A DNA stretch of 64,000 nt, the filler included, from Octopus bimaculoides (taxonomy: Eukaryota): assembly GCF_001194135.2 (NCBI RefSeq). It is 8 parts of 8 records of this genome, joined end to end, with 100 filler letters (N's around TTAATTAATTAA, not from the genome) between each part and the next. Parts side by side here need not be neighbours in the genome. Positions count along the whole stretch, not along the records: positions 17,769 to 33,941 come from NC_068991.1; positions 34,042 to 51,757 come from NC_068981.1; 6 more parts are not named here. One strand, 5' to 3'. Position 1 is the stretch's first letter. The number at the start of each line of letters is the position of its first letter. The translations under genes were made by a program, and so were the position numbers. Of the stretch, positions 24,256 to 36,137 are shown piece by piece. The notes below the pieces were generated by a model. That model made no database searches. It worked only from the letters and a program-made list of their open reading frames with translations, and was not told the origin of the DNA.

Positions 24256-24829
24256 AGAGCATGTGTGTGATGTGATTGTGTCATTGTATTTTGTAAACGT
24301 TGGTAGGTCTACGTCATCTGCATGGTAGCCGACGGAAGAATGGACGGAGACAAAGAGTTCTTTCTCCGCGAGGAGAACTTAGACAAACAAAAAAATTTTG
24401 TCAAAGTAGGTATGGAAGTGTATGGGTACAAGTGGCTATATAGTCCACAGTTCTCAAGCAATCAAGTGACAGTAGAAAGGGAGACGGAATAAGGAAGGTG
24501 TCATAAGTGAAGTGCGAATCAATTTGGTTTTATCAAAAAGTAACTGGGTGTTTGTGCTTGTGCGTTTGTGTGTTTGTGTGTCTGTGTAAGTGAAAGGTAC
24601 GTAACTGTGTGTGTGTGAAAGAGATGGGCAATGTTGATCGGAGAAAGGTTTATATGTGTACGGTGTAAGCTTGTGTATTTATAGAATGTGTTTTCATGAG
24701 GACGGGAGTGTGAGGTGGTGGGACGGAATATACGATAGGGGTATGAGAGCATACAGGAATGAGTATGTATGAGTAAATATGAACGGTCAGTGGAAGCAGC
24801 GGACTAGAATTGTATGATTAGGTAAATTA

Positions 24830-25130
24830 AGGTTAGATCTGATTTACAACGGGTTCAAGTTTGTACGAAGCTAAGCTTCTGTTCTTTTGGAAGTGGGAGA
24901 TATTGGGAGCTGTTGCCTGTAGCGAGGAAATATCGAACGGTTAGTGATTCTGTTGCCGAGTCGAATGTCTTGGAGGTGCTACGCGAGCCTGTTGAATAGT
25001 TAGCGTCTAGCTTGCCCGACGTAAAATGAATTGCAGAAAGAATATTTGAACGCGTAGGTAAGGTTATTGGTGGTGCAAGAGGAGAAACCTTAATCTAGAA
25101 GGTTGTTAGGTACTCTGATAATGGGCTCCG
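24830..25130 (-). mobile_element. Penelope-like GIY-YIG endonuclease remnant
   Basis: Minus frame GFSSCTTNNLTYAFKYSFCNSFYVGQARR*LFNRLA*HLQDIR matches the C.T.N..Y...C...YVG.T.R.L..R..EH pattern, with stops. Confidence 0.7.
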
Positions 25131-25179
25131 TATATTCTACCCCAGTGTCACTTTGACGGCATGCACTGCTCTCTCACTC

Positions 25180-25240
<61 letters not shown>

Positions 25241-25243
<3 letters not shown>

Positions 25244-26020
25244 CAAGCTGATGTCGACCAGAAACACACGCATCAATGGTTACGAAGCTCAGTGCTAAAA
25301 GCAGAGAGTGAAGGTTTCATATTAGCTGCTCAAGACCAAAGCTTATTAACCCTGAACTACCAAGCCAATGTGATAAAAGATAGAGCTGACCTACAATGCC
25401 GATTCTGTAACAATGAGATTGAAACTATAGACCACCTAATCTCAGGGTGTAGAGTCTTAGCACCTATAGAATATAAAGCAAGACATGACAGAGTCGGCCA
25501 GTATTTACACTGGACAATATGTCGGCATTATAAAATCAAAACCGCTGACAAATGGTATAAACACCATCCTGAAGCTGTGACAGAGGGTGAAAATGTATCG
25601 ATTCTCCGGGACTTCCCCGTACATACCAACAAAACTATAAAAGCTAATAAACCGGATATTATTATAAAAGATCAGACAAAAAAGATGTGTTTATTAATTG
25701 ACATGAGTATTCCTTGCGATCACAAAATAGCAGCGAAAGAATTTGGCAAGATCAGTAAATATAAAAACTTGCTAATAGAAATTGAAAAAATGTGGCATCT
25801 CAAGGCGACTACCATACCAGTGATTGTAGGATCTCTAGGAATGATAAAAGAAGGTACTGGAACCTATTTGAAAATGATACCAGGCTTACCATCCCTACAG
25901 GAAGTGCAAAAAATCGTGTTAAGTGGAACGACTCATGTACTGAGAAGAGCATTATCGCCGTGAAAACAACATCCATTCATGAAGAAACTCTGATTGGAAC
26001 AGCGAAAATGAAGCTGGACT
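25241..26020 (+). mobile_element. 5'-truncated R4/Dong-type LINE (CCHC knuckle + restriction-like endonuclease)
   Basis: ORF 25292-25963 encodes CRFC...ETIDHLISGC, RHD, KPDIII...LLIDMSIPCD...KISKY. It follows a (TAA)n tract. Confidence 0.88.
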
Positions 26021-26029
26021 GTTAAGGGA

Positions 26030-29000
26030 AGGCCTCTCGCTCGGCAGTGGTTCAATTAAGTTGCAGACTGACCACAGCTACTATCCTAATACAGTATCAG
26101 AAGATAATAGAGCACGTCATAAGAGGTAGACCAGCGAAAAAAAAAAAAACAAGATAGTGATGCAGTGCTACTTAGAAAGTGAACCTAAAAGAAGGGGCTA
26201 TAGAAAACAGATGTTAACATTTTGGATAGACAAGGGTATATTTAAAGTGACTGAGCAGAGATTAGGTGATCAAGCTAATGCTATTAGGAGAAGAAATTGG
26301 ATGACAAAATTGGAGATAGAAGAGATCACAAGAGAACTGGAAAAGAAAGACCAGGCAGTGGGAAAGACAAACAACAACATAAGAGATACAGCTCAAACCA
26401 AAGAAGAACCTAAAGGAAAAAGATGAGAATAGCTCTATCAATAAGAAAGGGACAACTGGCACTAGCGACAGAAGATTTTAAATGAGTTACAAGCAGTAAT
26501 GAGTAAAGAAGTAAGAAAATGATTGCCAGCACTAAAAGGCACCAACAGAAGGGAGCTGCTAGAAATGATTAGGAAAGTAGATTCTGTTATCAGTAGGACA
26601 GACAATAAAAATATAGGAGACACTAACTTATTGATCTATGCAGGAGGAGTAGTAGTCACCAGAAGATTAGATAACTCACAGGCAAAGATTTAAAAAGAGT
26701 AAATGTGGAAAAGGCGACTACAAAAAAAAAAAAAAAGAAGTGAAGACTTTGAGACAAGATCTGAGTCGAATAGAAACCTGGAAACTGAACAAGTTAGGAA
26801 ACACAAGATGCAAATCTTCCTTTGAGAAAAGATACTTAGTCAAAGAGAAAGGATTTGGGACAGTAACAGAAGAGTTGAAACAGCGTGTCATAGCAGTAGC
26901 AGGCAAGCTCTCGAGATATCAGAAAAGAATAGATCAGTATCAACAGAGTAGATTATTTGAGACAAACCAGAGGAGATTTTATAACCAAATAAATAGTGGA
27001 GAACGAAGTACTAAATATGAGAAACCTAATGCAGAAGAAGCTAGAATGTTCTGGAGTAATATTTGGGATAAGACAGTCAATCAGAATGGAGAGCAGTATG
27101 GTTAAAGAAAGTGAGGGAAGAAGCAGTGAATGAGAAGCAGCCAGCTCTAAGACTAACTAGTACATTAATGAGTAAAGTATTAGGAAAAATGCCGAATTGG
27201 AAGAGCCCAGGACCAGATTTAGTTCAAGGGTACTGGCTAAAGGAATTTAGTAGTTTAAATAGGAAGCTGAAGGAACAACTTCAAGATTGCTTTACTGGAG
27301 GAATAATACCAGATTGGATGACTAGAGGGAGGACAATACTCATCATGAAAGATAAGAGCAAGGGTAATACAGCCAGCAGCTATAGACCAATCACTTGCTT
27401 ATCATTAGTGTGGAAGCTGTTAACAGGAATGTTTTCAGAAAGCATTTACGAGCAGCTTGACAACCAGAATTTACTACCAGAAGAACAGAAATGTTGCAGG
27501 AAGAAGGCTAGAGGAACGCATGATCTATTATACATAGACAAAGCAGTTCTAAATGAAGTAAAAGCAAGAAAGAAAAAATCTAACAATAGCATGGATAGAG
27601 TATAGGAAAGCCTATGATATGATCCCACACTCATGGATAAGCGAATGTTTAAATATATTCAGTATGGCAGACAACATAAAAAATTAATTAGCTGAAGCAT
27701 GAAGAAATGGAAAGTAGATCTTTACTCAGATGACATACTTTTAGAGAATGTTAATATCGAAAGAGGAATTTTCCAGGGGGACTCATTGTCACCTTTAATA
27801 TTTTGTCTTATGTTTGACCCCACTTAACATAATATTAAAGAAGGCAAAGGCAGAGTACCAGTTCAAAAATAGTAAAGGAAAAATTAACTATTTGCTCTAC
27901 ATGGATGATCTGAAACTTTTTAGTAAGAATGAAAAAAGAGACAGATTCCTTAATACAAACTGTAAGACTCTTCAGCAAAGATACAGGCATAAAATTTGGC
28001 ATAAATAAGTATGCAATATTAGTCATGAGAAGGGGACGGATAGTCAACAGAAAAGGCATCCAGCTACCGGATGGCCAGGCATTAAAATCACGGAAAGGAG
28101 GAGTGAGTTATAAATATATCGGAGTATTAGAATCTGAAAAAGTACTAACTATAGAAATGAAAAAGAAAATTGAGAAGGAATACCTCAGAAGGGTGAGGAA
28201 TCTAATAAAGTCAAAGCTAAATGGTCCGAATCTAGTGAAGGCTGTAAATACATGAGCAGAATCATTACTTAGATACTTTGCAGCTTTTGTAGATTGGACA
28301 AAAGCTGAATAAGAAAAGCTAGGCAGAAGGACCAGGAAGGAATTTAATAGGAATGGAGGACTCCACCCAAGGGCAAGAGTTGCAAGATTATAACTACCTA
28401 AAAAGGAAGGTGGAAGAGGGTTAATATCAGCGGAAGACTGCGTGGAGTTAGCTAGAGTAGATATAGACACCTACGTAGGTAATGGTGAAGAAAGTTTATT
28501 AAAAGCTGCTAGAGTCACAGCAAGACATAGAGAAACCAAAAGCCTATCCGAGGTTAAAACCAGGAAAAAGAACAGAAACTACCTGACTGGCAGAAGAAAG
28601 CTTTGCATTGTAGATTTCCAAGATAGTGGCAGAAAATAATAGTAGTGAGACAGGATTAGGGTTGCAGAAATGAAAGTTGAAGAGGGGAATAGAGAGTTTG
28701 TTAATAGCAGCACAAGATCAAGTGTTAAGAACTAATTGGATAAAGCCACGAGAGAAAAAAAAAAACAATAAGATTCCCAAAGTAGGTTATGTAAATCAAA
28801 GGAGAAAAGAGTTACTCATATAGTAAGTGAATGTAGTATGCTTGCACAGAAAGAATTCAAGAAAAGACATGACAACCTAAGGAGAGTAATCCACTGGGAG
28901 TTATGTAGAAATCTAGGATTTGAACATACTGATAAATGGTGTGAACATGAACCTAGTAAAGTACTAGAAAATAAGAAATACAAGATGTTGTGGGACTTTA

Positions 29001-29437
29001 ACATTCAGACTGACAGGACAGAGTAATAGAAGCTAGAAGGTCTGATTTAGTAGTAGTAGATAAAGAGAATAGAAAATGCCAGATAATTGACTTTACAGTC
29101 CAACATGATGAAAAATTCAATATGAGAGGTATAGAAAAAATAGCAAAATACCAGAAACTTGCCATTGAATTACAGAGACTATGGAAAGTGCGGGTAAAAT
29201 GTATCCCTGTAGTTATACGTGCATTAGGACCTATCCCTAAATATTTGAATAAATCGATAGAGGAAATAGGCATAAAACCCAGTTTAGTACAGCTCCAGAA
29301 AACAGTGTTATTGGGAACAGCTAGGATACTAAGGAGGGTTCTTGGCATCTATGGTTACCTTTTGTAGCTCGGTGTTAGGACCTTTTCTTTTCCAACAGTC
29401 TAATCTGTTGTGTGTATGTGAAAATACTAATAATAAT
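26030..29437 (+). mobile_element. Near full-length degraded R4/Dong-type LINE
   Basis: Frameshifted ORF: N-terminal GYRKQM...EQRLGDQ, RT (NWKSPGPD, YRPITCL, GIFQGDSLSP, LLYMDDLKLF), zinc knuckle and RLE (WDFNIQTD...IIDF...KYQKL), then a TAA tail at ~29428. Confidence 0.92.
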
Positions 29438-30069
29438 ATAGAACGTGAGCGTGCAAGAGAGAGAAGAGAGAGAAGGAGAAAGAAGGAGGGAGTATGTGTG
29501 AGTGTGCGAGTGTTTCCATCTTGCATTCATATTAGTTTTTCCTCAATTGGTGCTTTGATACAGAACAGAAAAATCGTAATGGCTTCCGCTCTTCATCACC
29601 GAACTTGCAAAAGCTTCATAATATATACAGCTCTCTAGCGGGCATTAACAAGTAAGTCGTATTCATATTGTTCTGTTATGAATAGGTAAATTATAACATA
29701 CAGCTTCAGTAATTCTTTTCCAAGTTATTATTTTTTTCCGCGAAAGGCTGATAGCACATTTAAGAAAATTTGAAACAAATCAAATTAAATGAGTGCTGCT
29801 AAGAGGGAGATAATTTTTCAAAAGTCTCCAGATAACTTATATACGCTCTCAGGCAACTGATCTTAACAGCCATTTGAAAGCCGTTTCCGGGAGAGGCAGC
29901 AATAGCTTCCTGCATATAATGACATATGTATGCTCCAAAATAGTCATTTGTATTTTATGCCCATTCCGCAGTGTTGATTGTGAAATTAGCTAATTGTGAA
30001 ATTTGCAGGAATTCTGTTTCAGGCAGTTGCTCATTACAGCTACTTCTTATCTATCTATCTATCTATCTA

Positions 30070-30109
<40 letters not shown>

Positions 30110-30327
30110 NNNNNNNNNNNNNNNNNNNNNNNNNNNNNNNNNNNNNNNNNNNNNNNNNNNNNNNNNNNNNNNNNNNNNNNNNNNNNNNNNNNNNNNNNNN
30201 NNNNNNNNNNNNNNNNNNNNNNNNNNNNNNNNNNNNNNNNNNNNNNNNNNNNNNNNNNNNNNNNNNNNNNNNNNNNNNNNNNNNNNNNNNNNNNNNNNNN
30301 NNNNNNNNNNNNNNNNNNNNNNNNNNN

Positions 30328-30360
<33 letters not shown>

Positions 30361-31189
30361 CATACATACATACGTATTTATATATGTATGTTTGTGTGGG
30401 GGGAGTGGGGTGTACTATGAATAGAAGCTGAGGCGACATGGAAACAAGAAAGAAATATGGCCGTGGAAAACGTCTTGATAGTCAATAATCAATTTAGTTT
30501 CCCTTGATTATTCTATAGCACAACTTCTCTTGATTCATCAGTAACTGTAAATATCATAGAAGTAGTAAACATGACAAAAAGAAAATCTAAAGATTTCAAA
30601 CGGAGAGAGCGACAGAACTGCATACTAGCTGAATAACTTAACAGCAATTTATATCAAAAGAGAAAGAAAGAACGAAGAATAAAATGATGATTAATTACAG
30701 TCGTTTGGAGTATGGACTAGAAAGCAGGGAGATTAGAAGCTCATATTTTCGTATAACAGATGAAACATTTTATATATACACACACACACGCACTCAGATG
30801 TAAACAACCCAACACGGGTTGTCAAGGAGTGTAAACAAATCAACACCGGTTGTCAAGGAGTATTGTACAGGTGTTTATTCTGAAATAAAAAAAGAAGAAA
30901 TTCTGAATCTAACGGAGTCTAACGGAGAATAATTTCAACTCAGAATTCTTTCAACACTTACACTTCACCTGATATATCAAGCTTATCCAAATATGTATGG
31001 TATTCTATTGATAAAAAAATAGATTAAATTGGATGATAATATAACGCCGCATAGCTTACGACCAAAATATGATCTGCAAACTATGTACTGCAGAGAAGGT
31101 AGCCATATTATTCCAGCGTGGAACAACATTCATTTTCAAGCTTATTTAAACTTTTCTTTTATTATTAGTTCAAAGTACCTACAAAAATG

Positions 31190-31420
31190 CTTCTTAACAA
31201 ATATAGGTTTCAAATATTGGCAGAAGGTCAGTAATTTCGGAGAAGCGGGTAAGTCGATTGCATTGACCCAAGTGTTCAACTGATACTTATTTTATCGACA
31301 ACGAAAGGATGAAAGGCATAGTCAATTTCGGCGGAATTTGAATTCAGAACGTAAACACGGACGAAATGCCGCTAAGCATTTTCCCCGGCGCACTTAACGA
31401 TTCTGCCAGCTCGTCACCTT
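31190..31420 (-). mobile_element. SINE family B copy (another fragment follows to ~31520)
   Basis: ttatcgacaacgaaaggatgaaaggc...ggaatttgaattcagaacgt. Confidence 0.8.
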
Positions 31421-31837
31421 AAATGAGAGTCGGCCTCGGAGGAATTTGAACCCAGAACATATAAAGCCAGAAGAAATGCTGCTAAACAATTTGTCCGCTG
31501 TGCTACCCATGTTGGTCGCCTTGGCGCAGTTTCTAAACAAATATCCCTGGCACAATTGAACTGCTTATGCTCACAATACTAATCATGGAGGTCATCTACA
31601 TGCCCGAATGACTAGGAAAATCTATTTAACACCTATAATTCGCACTTTTCATTCCAAACCCAGCATCCTGCATAAGTAATTACAGAACTCACAACAGGAT
31701 CATCACATATTTTATATTCATATACTCTATTCCATAAAAATTATCCCCAAATGCCTGCATGCCATGCAACCTTGGACTAATAAGCCAACATGCTTTAATT
31801 ACCATTGATCTCAAGACCACGATAACATAAAACCAGG

Positions 31838-32080
31838 CACAGGCGTGGCTGTGTGGAAAGAAGTTTTCTTCCCAACCATATGGTTACGGGTTCAGTCTCA
31901 GTGTGAAAGCTTGCGCAAGTGTCTTCTACGATAGCCTCGGGCCGACTAAAGCTCTGTGAGTGGATTTGGTAGACGGAAACAGCAAGAAGCTCGTCGTATA
32001 TATATATATATATAGGAGTGGCTGTGTGGTAAGAAGCTTACTTCCCAACCACATGGTTCCGGGTTCAGTCTCACTGCGTG
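31838..32080 (+). mobile_element. Two SINE family A 5' parts in tandem
   Basis: ggctgtgtgg...cccaacca.atggtt.cgggttcagtctca occurs at ~31845 and ~32018. Confidence 0.8.
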
Positions 32081-32085
32081 GAATA

Positions 32086-32903
32086 CGTATTATTTTCCAA
32101 AATTACATAAAAATGTCTTGAAATACTAAAGAATAACTTTTTTCAATAAAATCACCATTTGTTTCAACCAAGGCCTCCAGACGACTTCGGAATCTCCTGC
32201 AACTCTTCTGAACGGTCTCTTTGTTTAAGTTGGTGAATGCTGTCATAATCCTTGACTTCAGTTCATCTTTGGTGTTACAAGGAGTTTGGTTGGCCTCTCG
32301 CTCAACTGCGTTCCACATATAATAATCAAGGGAGTTGCAGTTTGGGGAGCTAGGTGGCCAGATGTCAGGGGTAATGTGGTCGCAGAAATGTCTGACAGCC
32401 ATCACTGGGTTCCCTTGCTTGTGTGGTATGGTGCAGAATCCTGTTGCCAGATATAGGGTCTTCCAGCAGTCACGCTCTTCACCCAGAGCAGCACTATCTC
32501 CTCCAGGCACTTGATGCAGGCCTCCTTGTTGAGTTTGAGGCCGTGTGGGAAGATGAATGTAGGCATAACGTCGCCATCACTAGTGATCACTCCAAACGCT
32601 ATGATGTTGACCGGATGTTTGATCTTTATCACTCTAGGAACATGTCCTCAGACTGCACTGTCCCCACATTGACACTTAAACACTCTGAAATGTTCGTATT
32701 GGAGTTTCTGGCGCGAATGTCAGGCAGTAGAGCATGTCGTTTTCAAATTTCTGGCAAAGTGAGTTGCGTCATGGTGCTGCTGTTCTCACAGACGGTGCCC
32801 AACTGACCCTACTATACAGTGTAGTCGACAAAATCAAATACAAACGATGCACATGCACAAAATAAAAAATATAAAATAGCGACAATTTACCCATCGAACC
32901 CTA
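32086..32903 (-). mobile_element. Degraded Tc1/mariner transposon resembling the maT (DD37D) group
   Basis: WQQDSAPYHTS and WPPSSPNCNSLDYYMW motifs in frameshifted ORFs 32402-32632 and 32103-32510. Candidate TIR (TA)TAGGGTTCGATGGGTAAATTGTCGC at the right end. D-D spacing cannot be counted across the frameshift. Confidence 0.8.
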
Positions 32904-33639
32904 TATATATATATAATATATTTATGTATGTATACATGTACATATATATCCATATACGCATACACACACACGTATATTATTTATGTTATTATCTAATTGA
33001 ACGCCACACATCCATTTCCAAGTAAGGTTATCTTAACCTTTTTGATGCGACTCTACTTTATACTGTCTTCCCCACCATCCTTCTCTAATTCCTTTTCTCT
33101 CATTTTCACCGTTTTCTATTTGTTTGTCTGTCTCTCTCTCTCTCTCTCATTGCTCACACGTGATCATCGTCCATCTTTCTTTTACTCACGTTACCATCTT
33201 TCTTTTCCTGCACGGACGTTCTAAGGACTGGACGACTCCTCTCTCTCTCTTCTATCTTTTCTCTTTTCAAAGAAAATACTTCTCTCAGCGTTGACTATTT
33301 CCCCCTCGTTCTGGTCTAACGACCCTCATGTTTGTTTTCGTTCGGTTTCCTTGTATGTCTCCACTGTCCTGTTTTTGTTCCAAACTTTGACTTTCCATAA
33401 ATCCAAAATTTCATTTTGTTATTTATGGGAGCTACTGTCTTCGAAAACTCATTTTGACGTTGATTGCTCGAAATGGGGAGAAGATAGGCAGCCGACAACT
33501 GATGAAGGGTCGTGCTTTGTATTTTTTGTATTAACTCGTCCTGTTTTCTATTTTTTCTCCCATTGTTTGCGTATTTAACTCATTTGCTTTCGTATTTCAT
33601 GCTGTTTGCCGTTGGTGACGTCCTGTACCCATATATACT

Positions 33640-33851
33640 CTTTTTTTTACTCTTTTACTTGTTTCAGTCATTTGACTGCGGCCATGCTGGAGCACCGCCT
33701 TTAGTCGAGCAAATCGACCCTGGGACTTATTCTTTGTAAGCCTAGTACTTATTCTATCGGTCTCTTTTTGCCGAACCGCCAAGTTACGGGGACGCAAACA
33801 CACCAGCATCTGTCGTCAAGCAATGCTAGGAGGACAAACACAGACACACAA

Positions 33852-33884
<33 letters not shown>

Positions 33885-33941
33885 CATATATACGACGGGC
33901 TTCTTTCAGTTTCCGTCTACCAAATCCACTTACAAGGCTTT
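33640..33941 (-). mobile_element. SINE family A, 3' and central part
   Basis: Reverse complement of 55680-55955, cut by the spacer. Confidence 0.9.
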
Positions 33942-34041
33942 NNNNNNNNNNNNNNNNNNNNNNNNNNNNNNNNNNNNNNNNNNNNTTAATTAATTAANNN
34001 NNNNNNNNNNNNNNNNNNNNNNNNNNNNNNNNNNNNNNNNN
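33942..34041. other. Artificial scaffold spacer
   Basis: 44 N + TTAATTAATTAA (33986-33997) + 44 N. Confidence 0.97.
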
Positions 34042-34559
34042 AAAAATAAAAAATAAAAAATAATATATAAAAAAATAATATACCAATACATTATACTGTC
34101 TTTGAGCTTTTAAAGTTCAATGGTAATCCATGTAGAAAATTGTTAGAAAGATTAAGACGTATGGAATTAAGAATTGTGTTGTGTTTAAAAAAAAAGGAGC
34201 TGAAAGCTTGTGTTAAGCAGGAAGTGTGGTGTCAAAACAGGAAGTGTGTGTAAGGGAAGACAATTCTGTGGGTTTTATACTCTTTAGTTGNNNNNNNNNN
34301 TGTGTAAGGGAAGACAATTCTGTGGGTTTTATACTCTTTAGTTGGAGTATAAAACCCACAGAATTGTCTTCCCTTACACACACTTCCTGTTTAACACACA
34401 AACTCTCCGCCTTTTTTAAACAGAACAAGATTCTTAATTCCATGCATCCTAATCTTTCTAACAATTATCTACATGGATTACCATTGAACTTTAAAAGCTC
34501 AAAGACGATATAATGTATTGGTATATTTATTTTTTTTATATATTGTTTTTTATTTTTTT
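34042..34559. repeat. Large palindrome / foldback element
   Basis: The left arm matches the reverse complement of 34345-34559, with loop TTTAGTTG at 34337-34344. The arm tip is duplicated across a 10-N gap (34291-34300). Confidence 0.92.
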
Positions 34560-34749
34560 GTAAAAAACATTTTCATTCTCCCACTTCTTGAAAATTTGCC
34601 ATGCAATGAAAGTCGGTTAGAAATCGTTTTTAATCCTCTTTATACACATCTATATTAAAATATGCTTTCAGTTTAGCATTCTGCCTTATTATTTTATATT
34701 TTCCTATTATTTATCCACGTGCGGTTAACACAACCCCACCGTTTGCTGA

Positions 34750-34794
<45 letters not shown>

Positions 34795-35049
34795 ATGTAT
34801 GTATTTATGTGTGCATGTCTTTGTGTCTGAGTGTGTCACCCCACCATTATTTGACAACTGTTGTTGGTGTGTTTATGTCTCTGTAACTTAGTGGTTTGGT
34901 AAAAGAGACCAATAGAATAAGTACTAAGTTTACAAAGAATAAATCTTGGGGTCAATTTCTTCCACTAAAAAACTCTTTAAGGCAATGCTCCAGCATGATC
35001 GTAGTCAGATGACTGAAACAAGTAAAATAATATATATATATAAATAAAT

Positions 35050-35303
35050 ATGGCCTTGGGAACGAGAATGGGCCCCAGCCATGCAAACCTGTTCACTGGC
35101 TACGTTGAAGCCCAAATATTCTCAAGTTTCACTGGTCCCACTCCCAAACCCTACAGCCATATTATATTGACGACTGTATCGGTGTGACCTCACTCTCCCG
35201 CGAACATCTGGACTTCTTCCTCTCTTTTGTCAGATCTTTCCATCCTGCCCTCCACTTCTCCTGCACTATCTCTGATACCTCTGTCTCCTTTCTGAACATT
35301 CAT
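35050..35303 (+). mobile_element. Penelope-like RT fragment
   Basis: MALGTRMGPSHANLFTGYVE...(frameshift) YIDDCIG...FHPALHFS..ISDTSVSFLNI. Confidence 0.8.
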
Positions 35304-36137
35304 CACTTTCTCTCTGTCCTCCTCTCTCTCACTTCACCACTTCTTTGAAGTAAGTGTGACACACACAACAGGTACGTACAAAAACAAAAAGTTAGCGTAT
35401 AAATATTACTGATAGTCATGAAAGGATTAAAACACTTCAAATCTCTTCTAGTTTTTATATAGTGTACTATCAAAGGATCTTCGTCTTGCAAGTTATTTGA
35501 TGACCCTCGCCAGTGTTGATGCATGAAGTCCACACTGGACTTCAGTGGTTGGTGTTTGAAAGGGCATCCAGCTGTAAAAACATGTCAAAACAGACAGTGA
35601 AGCCTAGTGCAATCATCTGCCTAGCGAGCTCCTGTCAACCCATCCAACCCATGCCAGCATGGCAAACAGGCGTTAAATGATAATGACTGTATCATACAGA
35701 TAGTGTACTCTATTTCTAAGAAACTGATCCCCTATTTTCACTCCTCAGATTTTTGAAAGAAAAACATCTCCAATACTGTATGTACAACATTCATTTGAGA
35801 CCTTTACTTCATAGAGAATTGCCAAAAATACAAAGAGAAGACAACAAAAGGGATAGGAAATAAACATTATTAAAAGAAATTCCTATGAGTTTGACAAGTT
35901 CAAATGTTTTTACTTGATTGTGGACGTCATTAACTGTCCACAAACAAGCAACAACACTACATACTTTTTCTTCTTTGTTCCCAGAACAATAGATTCTTCA
36001 CTCATCTTGGCAACTGAACTTCTTAAATTCTTCTATGGACTAATTAATCCTTTCTATTAAAGGCACAAAGCCTGAAATTTGGGGAAGTGGACTAGTCGAT
36101 TACATCAACCCCAGTGTTTCATTGGTACTTTATTAAC

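Noticed and set aside
33470-33530. CTGATGA hammerhead cores here and at ~8095, ~38195 and ~6470 (minus)
   Set aside because: No correctly placed GAAA or stems; at most decayed remnants.
35963-36032. Candidate NUFIP1 exon 4 (minus strand, gtatgt donor)
   Set aside because: The only open frame gives KNLRSSVAKMSEESIVLGTKK. It lacks the His needed to finish finger 2, and the WEQRRK-like motif is in a frame closed by a stop.
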